Shown: positions 1-9,423, numbered from the stretch's first letter. The stretch is 33,731 nucleotides of DNA from an uncultured Candidatus Saccharibacteria bacterium (GCA_964598245.1 CAZRAX010000003.1:1-33731); one strand, 5' to 3'. The notes: generated by a model from the sequence alone, not told the origin. A program made the numbers and translations.

Positions 1-60
1 TATCAAACTGAACCAGAACAAGTTCCATTGATTGAGGATTTCAAGAGGAGAATTAAATAA
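1..60 (+). CDS. 3' end of an upstream gene (partial), ...YQTEPEQVPLIEDFKRRIK*
   Basis: Frame +1 is open from base 1 to TAA at 58-60; too short to assign a product. Confidence 0.55.
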   Translation, partial: YQTEPEQVPLIEDFKRRIK

Positions 61-65
61 TTTTA

Positions 66-74
66 TGATAAAAT
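66..74 (+). promoter_or_regulatory. Extended -10 promoter element (TGnTAAAAT) 8 nt before ATG 83
   Basis: TGATAAAAT at 66-74; the same architecture recurs before many operon-first genes in this window. Confidence 0.55.
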
Positions 75-82
75 AAATACGT

Positions 83-832
83 ATGGCTCTTAGTGAAAAT
101 ATTTGGTTAGATATTAAAAAAAGTGATCAATATCGTGCGGTTAACGATTTGATTTTAGAAAGTCAACCGAACAGTAATTATTATACTTTGTTGATATTAT
201 CTTCGATTATTATTGCTTCGGGGTTACTTTTAACAAATTCAGCAATTTTGATTGGTGGAATGCTTGTAACCCCACTTTTAACACCAATTTTGTTGGTTTC
301 TTTAGGAGTTACTCTAGGTAGGCCCTTTTTGATTCATAAAACATCTTTAATAATTCTAAAATCTGTGGTGGTTATTTTTGCAGTGTCTTTTATGTTTGGG
401 CTTATCTTTGTTGAGCCAAATGATAAAGAATTTTTTAGTGCTGTTTTATTAAATAATCAAGCCAGTTCAGCATTTCTTTATTTTTTGGTTGCTTTTGTTT
501 CTGGCATAGCTGCAACTTTTGCTTGGGTTCGTAAAAAAGTAACAAATATGTTACCTGGAATTTCAATTGCTGTTTCTTTGGTACCACCAGTTTCAATGAT
601 GGCTATTTTGTTAGCTCAAAATAATATAGAAGTTTCAAAATTCTTTTTAATGGTCTTTTTGTTTAATATGGTTGGTCTTGTGATGGGAAGTATGATTGTT
701 TTTTCAATGTTGAAATTTTACAGAGTGGGTGATCATATCGATGCCAATATAAATAATCTAAAAAAAGAAGAAGCTGAAAAAAAACAATTTAAAGAAAAAG
801 AAAAATATGAAAACACTGAAAAAATTAAGTAA
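83..832 (+). CDS. DUF389 (TIGR00341-like) multi-pass membrane protein
   Basis: Hydrophobic helices with NSAILIGGMLVTPLLTPI and LPGISIAVSLVPP, matching DUF389 signature segments. Confidence 0.85.
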   Translation: MALSENIWLDIKKSDQYRAVNDLILESQPNSNYYTLLILSSIIIASGLLLTNSAILIGGMLVTPLLTPILLVSLGVTLGRPFLIHKTSLIILKSVVVIFAVSFMFGLIFVEPNDKEFFSAVLLNNQASSAFLYFLVAFVSGIAATFAWVRKKVTNMLPGISIAVSLVPPVSMMAILLAQNNIEVSKFFLMVFLFNMVGLVMGSMIVFSMLKFYRVGDHIDANINNLKKEEAEKKQFKEKEKYENTEKIK

Positions 833-1466
833 AAAGAAAATTACTTACATTGTTATTATCCTAATTGTATTTTTAGGAATTTTTTTCTTTTATAACGAAA
901 CTCACAAACAAGATATTAAAAGTGAAGTGGTGAAATCTGAATCAGGTCAATGGACTACTTATTTTAACTATGAATACGGTTTTTCAATTGATTTTCCAGA
1001 GGGGTGGGAAATTAACGAAGATTATAAAAATGTTAGTCCGACCATTAATATTTTTATGCCAAATAAAAAAGTAATTCCACCATTTGATCATTTTGCTGAC
1101 ATTAATAATGTTTCTATTTATCCAAAAGGATTACCAACAGAAGCAGTTATTGGCCAATCAAAAACAACAGATATAGATCTTGATTATAAATTTGATAAAT
1201 CAATCGATTATATTTTAGAAGACGGAAGTGCTTGGGCAACTTATATTAATTTTGAAAAAGTTTCTGATCCTTGGAAACCGTGGGGTTTTCTTTGGGCCAA
1301 AACAGTTGTTAATGATATTGAATATAAATGTTTGCGTTCGGGTAAAGAAATTGAATTAGATAATTGTAATCCTTTTGAGGATGACGAATTTGTTAGAATG
1401 GGGGTTGTTGATTCGGACATTAGAGAAATTCAAGAAAAAATAATAAGATCTTTTAAATTTATTTAA
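807..1466 (+). CDS. Membrane-anchored surface protein with PsbP-like domain, hypothetical
   Basis: N-terminal basic + hydrophobic anchor, then WTTYFNYEYGFSIDFPEGW (WxxYxNxxxGFSxxYPxxW motif typical of PsbP-like domains); one Cys pair late in the protein. Confidence 0.7.
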   Translation: MKTLKKLSKKKITYIVIILIVFLGIFFFYNETHKQDIKSEVVKSESGQWTTYFNYEYGFSIDFPEGWEINEDYKNVSPTINIFMPNKKVIPPFDHFADINNVSIYPKGLPTEAVIGQSKTTDIDLDYKFDKSIDYILEDGSAWATYINFEKVSDPWKPWGFLWAKTVVNDIEYKCLRSGKEIELDNCNPFEDDEFVRMGVVDSDIREIQEKIIRSFKFI

Positions 1467-1468
1467 TT

Positions 1469-4147
1469 ATGCAAAGAGAGTGGTATCGAGAAGATATAAA
1501 AAAAATTTTTGAACACTTTAAAACCTCTGAAAGAGGTTTAACTTCTGAGAGTGTTGAAAAAAACTTAAAAAAATTTGGTGCAAATGTTCTTTCTGAAGAA
1601 AAAAAGAGAACAATTTGGAATATGCTGTATTCTCAAATTCATAATCCGTTTATTTACACTTTAATAGTCGCTAACATAATTATCTTCTTATTGGGTCATT
1701 ATATAGATGGATTTGTCATTCTATTTATTATTCTATTGAATACTATAATTGGTACTGTTCAAGAAGGAAAAGCACAAAATACTCTAGCTGCTTTAAAAAA
1801 GATAGTTAAAACATATGCAAATGTTATTCGTAATGGTGAAGAAATCCGAATTGAGGATTATGAAATAGTCGCTGGGGATATTCTTATTTTAAGAGACGGT
1901 GATCCTATTGCTGCTGATTGTCGAATAATAGAAAATAATAATTTAAAAGTTAACGAAGCTTCATTAACTGGGGAATCAGAGGTTATTTTAAAAACTTCTA
2001 ATAGATTATCTAATGTTTCTATTAAAACTGCTGATCAAAAAAACATGGTTTTTAAGGGAACTTATGTTACATCTGGTCAAGCAAAAGCTGTTGTGGTGAG
2101 GACTGGGCTGAATACTGTTATCGGTCAAATTTCTAAAAAGTTAGTTGATTTAAAAATGGATGTACCGCTCAAGAAAAATATTTTCAACTTATCAAAATTA
2201 ATAGTAATTGTAATAGGATTAGTTTCAGTAACTTTATTTTTTTATGGTCTTCATATTGGTTATGCGTTAGAAGAAATATTTTTAATAGTTGTTGCAATTG
2301 CAGTTTCTGCAATTCCTGAGGGCTTACCTGTCGTCGTTACACTTGTTTTGACAACTGGTGTGTGGAGGATGAGTAAAAGAAAAGTCTTGGTTAAAAGGTT
2401 ACAAGCTGTTGAAGCTTTGGGGCAAGCAAATATTATTGCTGTTGATAAAACCGGAACAATTACAAAAAACCAAATGATGATTAATCAAATCTACACTTTT
2501 GATCGTACAATATCAATAACAGGTGAAGGATATACACCAAAAGGATTTGCTAAAATAGGAAATAAAAAAATTGATATAAAAAAAGATAAAAATTTAGATG
2601 TTTTGGTTAAAGCTCTTGTTTTTACTGCCACTGCTGATGTTGATTATTCTGATGAAAATAATGATTGGCTTTTGAAATATGGTGATCCTACAGAAGCATC
2701 AATGATTGTTTTGGGTAAAAAATTTGGTTATGAAAAAGATGAAATTGAACAAGAACACAAAAAGATTGTAGAATTTCCTTTTGAGCTTGAAACTAAACAT
2801 CACTCTACTATAAATAAATTCAAAAATAAAAATATATTATCTGTGGTGGGTAGCCCGGAAGTCATTTTAAGAAAGATTGATAAAGTTTATACAAATGGTA
2901 TTTCAAAAAAAGCATCAAAAAAAGATTTAGATAAAATTCATCAAAAATTAGATTCTTTTTCTAAGGAAGGATATAGAGTTTTAGCTGTTGGAATAAATTC
3001 AAATCCAAGTTTGGAATTAGACCCCCACAATCTCCCTAATTTAACTTTTGTTGGATTTATCGCTATTTTAGATTCTATCAGAAACGAAGTTTATGATGCT
3101 GTTAATTCTGTAAAAAAGGCAGGAATGAGAGTTGTAATGATAACAGGAGACCACGTGGGAACAGCAAAAGCCATAGGTCAAAAGGTTGGTATTTATAATG
3201 ATGGCGATAGTGTAATAACTGGTAAAGATTTATCAGTTTTAAGTGATGAAGAACTTATAAAAAAATTAGATAATGCTACTATTTTTGCCAGAGTTACTCC
3301 AAAAGACAAGTTAAGAATCATTGAATTATATAAAAAGAAGGGTGACACGATTGCAATGACGGGTGACGGGATTAATGATGCACTTTCTTTAGTTTCTGCA
3401 GATTTAGGTATTGCCATGGGTAAAATTGGAACAGAAGTAGCAAAAGAGGCTTCAGACTTGATACTGCTTGATGATAATTTTGGAAATATTGTCGAGGCGG
3501 CAGAAGAAGGTAGAAATATTTATTGGAATATTAGAAAGTCCATACTTTTCCTGCTTTCTACAAATATAGGAGTTCTTCTTGTTATAAGTCTCTCTATGTT
3601 TGCTGGCCTGCCTTTGCCCTTAACAGCTGCTCAAATTATATGGTTAAATCTTGTCACGGATACTTTTCTTGTGATTGCCCTTTCTTTTGACCCTAAAGAA
3701 AAAGATTTGTTAAAAGAAAAATTTAAAAAACCTAGTAAATATCTTGTTGATTGGTTTATGGGCATTAGAATATTTTTACTAGGAAGTATTATGACGATCA
3801 CTACATTGATTGTTTTTGTTCATTATTTGAAAGATGATTTAATAAAAGCAACTACAATTTCTCTTGTTTTATTAGCTATATTACAATGGTTTAATATATT
3901 TAATGTTAGATCTAGAAAAGGTACGGTTTTTTCAAAAGATCTATTTAATAATAAATATCTAATAGGTTCTTTGATTTTAGTTTTTGTTCTGCAACTATTG
4001 GCAGTTTATCATCCTCTATTTCAAAATGTTCTTAAAACTACTTCTATATCATTATTAGAATGGTTTTATATGTTTGCCATAGGATTTTCTATTATTGTAG
4101 TGGAAGAAATTAGAAAATATATTTTTAGATCATTTTCGGTTTTTTGA
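1469..4147 (+). CDS. Cation-transporting P-type ATPase, type IIA (Ca2+-ATPase-like)
   Basis: TGES, PEGL, DKTGT (phospho-Asp), MITGD, TGDGIND and WLNLVTD motifs; about 10 TM helices. Confidence 0.93.
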   Translation: MQREWYREDIKKIFEHFKTSERGLTSESVEKNLKKFGANVLSEEKKRTIWNMLYSQIHNPFIYTLIVANIIIFLLGHYIDGFVILFIILLNTIIGTVQEGKAQNTLAALKKIVKTYANVIRNGEEIRIEDYEIVAGDILILRDGDPIAADCRIIENNNLKVNEASLTGESEVILKTSNRLSNVSIKTADQKNMVFKGTYVTSGQAKAVVVRTGLNTVIGQISKKLVDLKMDVPLKKNIFNLSKLIVIVIGLVSVTLFFYGLHIGYALEEIFLIVVAIAVSAIPEGLPVVVTLVLTTGVWRMSKRKVLVKRLQAVEALGQANIIAVDKTGTITKNQMMINQIYTFDRTISITGEGYTPKGFAKIGNKKIDIKKDKNLDVLVKALVFTATADVDYSDENNDWLLKYGDPTEASMIVLGKKFGYEKDEIEQEHKKIVEFPFELETKHHSTINKFKNKNILSVVGSPEVILRKIDKVYTNGISKKASKKDLDKIHQKLDSFSKEGYRVLAVGINSNPSLELDPHNLPNLTFVGFIAILDSIRNEVYDAVNSVKKAGMRVVMITGDHVGTAKAIGQKVGIYNDGDSVITGKDLSVLSDEELIKKLDNATIFARVTPKDKLRIIELYKKKGDTIAMTGDGINDALSLVSADLGIAMGKIGTEVAKEASDLILLDDNFGNIVEAAEEGRNIYWNIRKSILFLLSTNIGVLLVISLSMFAGLPLPLTAAQIIWLNLVTDTFLVIALSFDPKEKDLLKEKFKKPSKYLVDWFMGIRIFLLGSIMTITTLIVFVHYLKDDLIKATTISLVLLAILQWFNIFNVRSRKGTVFSKDLFNNKYLIGSLILVFVLQLLAVYHPLFQNVLKTTSISLLEWFYMFAIGFSIIVVEEIRKYIFRSFSVF

Positions 4148-4754
4148 TAACCTGGATAACTTTACCGTTAATCATAAAACTGTCGTCCTCGTGGATATAA
4201 ATTGGGGGGATATCTTTTGTTGATTCTGAAGCCAAAACTATTTGATTATTTTTTTCATCCCAAACATATTTTTTTATATTGGCCATGTCATCAATGATAG
4301 ACAAAACAATGTCACCACTTGATGGGGAAGTATCACCACTATCAATTATTAAATAGTCACCATCTTCAATTGTATTTCCGTTGATAATTGATTTATTCAT
4401 AGAAAAGCCTTGAGCCCGAATCGCAAAAATATTCTTACATTTTTTCAAAAGGCTTTTTGAAATTTTAATATACCCCTCGATATTTTCATTGGCAAAAATT
4501 GTTGCGGGGCCACAATTTGCTGTACCAATTATTGGAACACTGATTATGCCCAAATTAGTATGGTAGTTTTTTTTGCTAATTATTTTATTTTTTTTATCTA
4601 TGGTAATAAAACCCTTTTTTTCTAACTGATCTAGATGGTGTTTGATTTTTTGAGGAAATTTTTCATCAACTAAATTAGCAATTTGGCGAAGGGTAAGTCC
4701 CTGAAGGTTTTTATTTTTGATAATATTTAATATTTTTTCTTGGATAATATGCAT
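4125..4754 (-). CDS. lexA: LexA-like repressor (winged HTH + S24 autopeptidase)
   Basis: HTH LTLRQIA...IKHHLDQLEKKGFI; PIIGTANCG cleavage loop; catalytic Ser (GFSM) and Lys (NIKKY). 3' end overlaps the ATPase 3' end by 23 bp. Confidence 0.82.
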   Translation of the reverse strand: MHIIQEKILNIIKNKNLQGLTLRQIANLVDEKFPQKIKHHLDQLEKKGFITIDKKNKIISKKNYHTNLGIISVPIIGTANCGPATIFANENIEGYIKISKSLLKKCKNIFAIRAQGFSMNKSIINGNTIEDGDYLIIDSGDTSPSSGDIVLSIIDDMANIKKYVWDEKNNQIVLASESTKDIPPIYIHEDDSFMINGKVIQVIKKPKMI

Positions 4755-4819
4755 GGTAGTTTTTGGTTATCTTTTAATGGACTTTTATTATTACATTTTT
4801 TCTAGATAAATTCAAGAAG

Positions 4820-4828
4820 TTATCCACA
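4820..4828 (+). promoter_or_regulatory. Perfect DnaA box (TTATCCACA) in the lexA/xfp divergent intergenic region
   Basis: Exact match to the DnaA box consensus; a few nt upstream of a minus-strand TTGAAT-N17-AATAAT candidate promoter for the LexA-like gene. Confidence 0.5.
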
Positions 4829-4888
4829 ACTATTTAAAACTAGAAAAGTTGACAAAGAACTTAAAAATTTGGTAATTTTTTTTAAAAT

Positions 4889-4897
4889 TGTTAAAAT
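4889..4897 (+). promoter_or_regulatory. Extended -10 element (TGTTAAAAT) 8 nt before xfp ATG 4906
   Basis: Motif and spacing seen directly. Confidence 0.55.
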
Positions 4898-4905
4898 ATT
4901 ACTAT

Positions 4906-7254
4906 ATGAATGAAATAGAGAACCTTAAAAAATATTTTAGAGCTGCTAATTATTTAAGTGCCGCTCAAATTTTCTTACAAGATAATTTTTTATTAGAAGA
5001 GCCACTAAAACCAGATCACATCAAGAAAAGATTACTTGGTCATTGGGGTACTTGTCCTGGAATTAACTTTGTTTACACTTTTTTGAACAAAATTGTTAAA
5101 GATCACGACGCCAGCATTATTTATGTTGTTGGTCCGGGGCACGGATATCCTGGTGTTCAATCAAATTTATTTTTGGAAGGGACTTTGGGAGAATATTATC
5201 CACAAGCAACTTTGGATAAAAATGGTATTGCCTACATTTCGCAACAATTTAGTTGGCCCTATGGTTTCCCAAGTCATTCTAGTCCACATACACCGGGAGT
5301 TATTTTAGAAGGGGGCGAACTTGGTTATGCTTTGTCTACTTCGTATGGTGCTGTTTTAGATAATCCAGATTTGATAGTTGCTTGTCTTATTGGTGATGGT
5401 GAAGCAGAAACTGGCCCAACCGCTACAGCTTGGCATGCTAATAAATTTATTAATCCAGAAACTGATGGAGCAGTTTTACCAATTCTTCATTTGAATGGTT
5501 ATAAAATTTCTGGACCAACTATTTTTGGGCGAATGGATGATGAAGAGTTAAGAAAACTTTTTGAAGGCTATGGGTATAATCCACATTTTGTAGATGCTGA
5601 AGAAGACGGTGATAAAGGTGATCCATTTGTTCAAATGAATATAACTATAGAAAATGCTTATAAAGAAATCAGATTGGTACAAGAAAAAGCTAAAAATGGT
5701 GAAGAAATTGATAAACCAAAATGGCCAATGATCATTTTGAGAACACCAAAAGGTTGGACTGGAATTAAAGAAGTTGCTGGTAAAAAAGTTGAGGGAAATC
5801 ATTACTCTCATCAGGTTGTTACCAAGGACGCTAGAACCAAAGACGAAGAACTTAAGGCTTTGGAGAATTGGTTTAGGTCTTATAAATTTGAAGAACTTTT
5901 TGATAAAGATTCAGGTTTTATACAAGAAATTTTAGATTCTATTCCCGAAGGGGATAAAAGAATTGGTAAAAACAAGCATGCTTTTGGTGGACCACAAGTT
6001 TATAAAGAGCTTAAATTACCAAACCCTCGTGATTTTGAAGAAGATTGTTCAAAACCAGGAAGTCAGGTTTCAAGCTCAATGCGAAGAGCTGGAGAATATT
6101 TAAATCAGGTTATGGCAAAAAATGATAATTTTAGATTTTTCTCACCAGATGAAACTTATTCAAACAAATTAGATAAAATGTTTGAAACAACCAAAAGAGC
6201 TTTTCAGTGGCCATTGAAAGATTGGGATGAAGATTTAGCAAAAAAAGGAAAGGTTATTGAAATGTTGTCAGAACACACACTACAAGGAATGGCCCAAGGT
6301 TATATTTTAACCGGGAGACATGGAATCTTTGCTTCGTACGAGGCTTTTATTCAGATTGTTGTTAGTATGGCCGATCAATATGCTAAATTTTTGAAACAAG
6401 CAAAAGAGGTTGGGTGGCGTGGTCAAATTCCATCATTTAATTATATTTTAACTTCTTCTGGTTGGAGACAAGATCATAATGGTTTCTCTCATCAAAATCC
6501 TGGATTTATTGATAATATGCTTCAAAGACAGGGAGATTTTATAAATATTTATTTACCAGCAGACGGTAGCTCTACTTTGGCTGTTTTAGACAAGTGTATG
6601 AAATCTAGTTATGGTGTTAATGTTATTGTTGCTGGGAAACAAACAGAACCAAGGTGGATTAATGTAGACCAAGCCCAAGAACAACTAGAAGATGGTCTTG
6701 GAATTTGGAAATTTGCCAGTGATGATGACCCGGATATTGTTTTTTCAGGTGTAGGTGATTATGTAACTAAAGAATCACTTGCTGGTCTAAGTTTATTGAA
6801 AAAAGAATTACCAGAAATTAAAGTTCGATTTGTTAATATTGTAACTATTTCTCAGTCTGGATTTGGATGTGGAGGCAATGTTTTATCTAGAGAAGATTTT
6901 GAAAAATACTTTACTTCGGATAAACCTGTGATTATAAATTACCATGGTTATCCACAAACAATCAAACAAATATTGTTTGATTATTGTGAAAATCCTTCAA
7001 GATTTGAAATTAATGGATATGTTGAAAATGGTTCAACAACAACGCCATTTGATATGCAAGTTAGAAATCATACCAGTCGATTTCAGCTTGTCCAAGATGC
7101 CTGCAAGATGTTAATGAATAGTGGGAAAATTGATCAAAATAAATCTGCCGAAATTATAAAAAAATATGATCAAAAGATTTCTGAACATGTCGAATACATT
7201 AAAGAAAATGGTGTTGATATGGAGGAAATTGAAAACTGGAAATGGGATAATTAA
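4906..7254 (+). CDS. xfp: Xylulose-5-P/fructose-6-P phosphoketolase
   Basis: LLGHWGTCPG, GPGHG, EGGELGY, ThDP motif GDGEAETG...N, FSPDETYSN, LSEH, QDHNGFSHQ. ATG 4906 preferred over TTG 4888. Confidence 0.96.
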   Translation: MNEIENLKKYFRAANYLSAAQIFLQDNFLLEEPLKPDHIKKRLLGHWGTCPGINFVYTFLNKIVKDHDASIIYVVGPGHGYPGVQSNLFLEGTLGEYYPQATLDKNGIAYISQQFSWPYGFPSHSSPHTPGVILEGGELGYALSTSYGAVLDNPDLIVACLIGDGEAETGPTATAWHANKFINPETDGAVLPILHLNGYKISGPTIFGRMDDEELRKLFEGYGYNPHFVDAEEDGDKGDPFVQMNITIENAYKEIRLVQEKAKNGEEIDKPKWPMIILRTPKGWTGIKEVAGKKVEGNHYSHQVVTKDARTKDEELKALENWFRSYKFEELFDKDSGFIQEILDSIPEGDKRIGKNKHAFGGPQVYKELKLPNPRDFEEDCSKPGSQVSSSMRRAGEYLNQVMAKNDNFRFFSPDETYSNKLDKMFETTKRAFQWPLKDWDEDLAKKGKVIEMLSEHTLQGMAQGYILTGRHGIFASYEAFIQIVVSMADQYAKFLKQAKEVGWRGQIPSFNYILTSSGWRQDHNGFSHQNPGFIDNMLQRQGDFINIYLPADGSSTLAVLDKCMKSSYGVNVIVAGKQTEPRWINVDQAQEQLEDGLGIWKFASDDDPDIVFSGVGDYVTKESLAGLSLLKKELPEIKVRFVNIVTISQSGFGCGGNVLSREDFEKYFTSDKPVIINYHGYPQTIKQILFDYCENPSRFEINGYVENGSTTTPFDMQVRNHTSRFQLVQDACKMLMNSGKIDQNKSAEIIKKYDQKISEHVEYIKENGVDMEEIENWKWDN

Positions 7255-7257
7255 TTT

Positions 7258-8424
7258 ATGTTTAATTTAATTGTTAACAATGGAAGTGCTTCAAGAAAAT
7301 ATGCCTTGTATCGTGGCAAGGAGCCGCTCTACTGTGTTCATTATGAAATAGTAATCAATGAATTTTTAAAAACTAAAAAAGATTCTAAAAAAGAAACTGA
7401 AGAGAAAATCGATTCAGAGATTTTTAACGATGCTTTAGGTGATTTCATCAATGAATTGACTAAGAATAATATAATAAAGACTGTAGATGATATTAATAAA
7501 ATTGCTATAAGAATTGTTGCTCCTGGGGTTTTTTTCCAACAACATCATATTGTTGATGAAAAATTTTTAGAAATGTTAGATGATAAAAAACATTTATCAC
7601 CACTTCATATTGATCCAGTTCAAAGAGAGATTTCTGATTTAATGGACAAAATTCCAAATGTCCCAATTTATGCAGTTTCTGATAGTGTTTTTTATAAAGA
7701 TAAACCACAATGCTCAAGTATTTATGCTTATCCAAAAGAAGTTACAGAAAAACTAGAATTATACCGTTACGGGTATCATGGTATTTCTGTTTCCTCTGTT
7801 GTTAAAAAAGTTGAAAAACAACAAAAACTTCCTGAAAAAATGATAATTTGTCATTTGGGAGGCGGATCTAGTATAACGGCAATCAAAAACGGTAAACCTA
7901 TTGATAATACAATGGGGTACTCACCACTAGAAGGAATTCCGATGGCAACCAGAATTGGTAATGTTGATCCGAATTCTTTATTTGCAATTATGGAAGAATA
8001 CGATTATGAAATACCAGAATTACAAAATTTTTTGTATAAAGAATGTGGGTTCAAGGGAATTAGTAATTTGTCTGGTGATACAAGAGCAGTTTTAAAAGAA
8101 GCCCAACTTGGTAATAAAGACGCCAGTTTGGCTCTTGAATATTATGCTTATGAAATTAAAAAAATAATTGGTGGTTACCGAACAATTTTGGGCGGATTAG
8201 ATACTATTATTTTTACTGGTACTATTGGTAATAGATCTGCAGATATTAGAAAAAGAATTTGTCTAGGGCTTGAAGAAACAGGTATTATTTTAGATGATGC
8301 TAACAACAAAATAATGGTTAATTCTGAAGGTAAAATAAGTCTGGACAGTTCAGATACAGAAATTTTAACTATTGAAACAAATGAAAATGGGGAAATGAAT
8401 GAAATTTTAGAATCTATTTCTTGA
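7258..8424 (+). CDS. ackA: Acetate/propionate kinase
   Basis: NNGSAS-KY, PLH, RYGYHG, HLGGGSS, TMGYSPLEG, FTGTIG, TNE; 3 nt downstream of xfp. Confidence 0.92.
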   Translation: MFNLIVNNGSASRKYALYRGKEPLYCVHYEIVINEFLKTKKDSKKETEEKIDSEIFNDALGDFINELTKNNIIKTVDDINKIAIRIVAPGVFFQQHHIVDEKFLEMLDDKKHLSPLHIDPVQREISDLMDKIPNVPIYAVSDSVFYKDKPQCSSIYAYPKEVTEKLELYRYGYHGISVSSVVKKVEKQQKLPEKMIICHLGGGSSITAIKNGKPIDNTMGYSPLEGIPMATRIGNVDPNSLFAIMEEYDYEIPELQNFLYKECGFKGISNLSGDTRAVLKEAQLGNKDASLALEYYAYEIKKIIGGYRTILGGLDTIIFTGTIGNRSADIRKRICLGLEETGIILDDANNKIMVNSEGKISLDSSDTEILTIETNENGEMNEILESIS

Positions 8425-8462
8425 GAAAAGTTGAAAAGTTATTACATTAATTTTATATATAG

Positions 8463-8471
8463 TGGTATAAT
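8463..8471 (+). promoter_or_regulatory. Consensus extended -10 promoter TGGTATAAT
   Basis: Exact TGnTATAAT upstream of the DUF378 gene. Confidence 0.6.
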
Positions 8472-8473
8472 AT

Positions 8474-8503
8474 ACTTATGGCATTTGGGTGCCATAAGTT
8501 TTT
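8474..8503 (+). terminator. Hairpin + T-tract, probable intrinsic terminator of xfp-ackA (or leader structure)
   Basis: Perfect 10-bp inverted repeat ACTTATGGCA-tttggg-TGCCATAAGT followed by TTTT. Confidence 0.6.
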
Positions 8504-8529
8504 AAAAGCTTTAAATATTTAAACCAATT

Positions 8530-8772
8530 ATGAAATTAGTAAATAAAATTGCTTTCATTCTTCTAATTATTGGAGGTTTGAACTGGGGTCTTTTTGTATT
8601 CGATATGGATTTGGTAGCAATGTTACCAGGACCAATTGATACTATTGTCTATATTCTAGTCGCACTATCAGCCGTTCTAGTTATCTTTTCTGGATATAAA
8701 GGTAAAACTGAATCAGTTTCAGAAACAAGTGACGAGCCAGAACAACCTTCAATGGAGAACCCAACAATGTAA
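8530..8772 (+). CDS. DUF378 small membrane protein with acidic C-terminal tail
   Basis: LLIIGGLNWGL...DLV...IVYILVALSA is the DUF378 signature. Confidence 0.88.
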   Translation: MKLVNKIAFILLIIGGLNWGLFVFDMDLVAMLPGPIDTIVYILVALSAVLVIFSGYKGKTESVSETSDEPEQPSMENPTM

Positions 8773-8796
8773 TTTCAAAATAATATTTTGAAGATG

Positions 8797-8825
8797 AAGA
8801 CTGCTCGAAATGAGTAGTTTTTATT
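8797..8825 (+). terminator. Intrinsic terminator between convergent DUF378 and flavodoxin genes
   Basis: AAGACTGCTC-gaaat-GAGTAGTTTT stem (two G-U pairs) running into Ts; a second AT-rich 8-bp inverted repeat lies at 8774-8792. Confidence 0.65.
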
Positions 8826-9423
8826 TTGTAATTTTTTTTGCAAATTTCTGACCTCTTTTAAAACACTTTGTTAATATTTTTTTATTTTGATAAGTTTTTA
8901 TGTCGCCACTATAAAAAGAAAGAATCTTTTTATTACCATAGTAAAAGAAAACTGCTCTTAACCAAAAATCAGGATACATAAAAAAAAGAAAAAAATGTGT
9001 CCAATTTGGTGTACCCCCAGAAACTAAGAGAAATATTTTTTGTTTTTTCAGTTTCCCAACTGGTTGTCCAAGAAAATTTTTCTTTTCTAAATCAAGAGCA
9101 ATAAATCTAATTCTGTCTATAAAATTTTTTAATTTAGCAGGAACGGAAAAATTATAAGTTGGTGTTGCAATAATGATTCCATCACTTTCTTTGAATTTGT
9201 TTACTAATTCAGAAAAATCTTTTTCATTTTCCATTGCACCTAGACTGTTTTCATATTGGTAATTTTCAAATTCAATATCATTTAGATAAAATTTTTCAAC
9301 TTCTAGATTATTTTTAGATTTTTCTTTTAAACCTAAAATAAAATAATCCAACATTGTATCAGAATTTCTTTTTTTAGATGGAGAGGCAGAAATAGCTATT
9401 ATTTTATATTTTTTTTCAAACAT
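8821..9423 (-). CDS. Flavodoxin-family NAD(P)H-dependent FMN reductase-like protein
   Basis: IIAISASPSKKRNS FMN phosphate loop; DGIIIATPTYNFSVPAKLKNFIDR. Confidence 0.85.
   Translation of the reverse strand: MFEKKYKIIAISASPSKKRNSDTMLDYFILGLKEKSKNNLEVEKFYLNDIEFENYQYENSLGAMENEKDFSELVNKFKESDGIIIATPTYNFSVPAKLKNFIDRIRFIALDLEKKNFLGQPVGKLKKQKIFLLVSGGTPNWTHFFLFFMYPDFWLRAVFFYYGNKKILSFYSGDIKTYQNKKILTKCFKRGQKFAKKITK

Noticed and set aside
4125-4754. Prophage CI repressor
   Set aside because: The N-terminal domain is LexA-type winged HTH and the neighbours are metabolic genes, with no phage context.
4755-4905. Replication origin suggested by a DnaA box in AT-rich DNA
   Set aside because: Only one box in a 150-bp spacer; no box cluster and no dnaA/dnaN nearby.
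5196-6956. Two TTATCCACA matches inside xfp (5196-5204, 6948-6956)
   Set aside because: Both are explained by Tyr-Pro-Gln codons in an AT-biased genome.
8821-9423. Iron-sulfur flavoprotein
   Set aside because: Lacks the Cys-x2-Cys-x2-Cys cluster motif.
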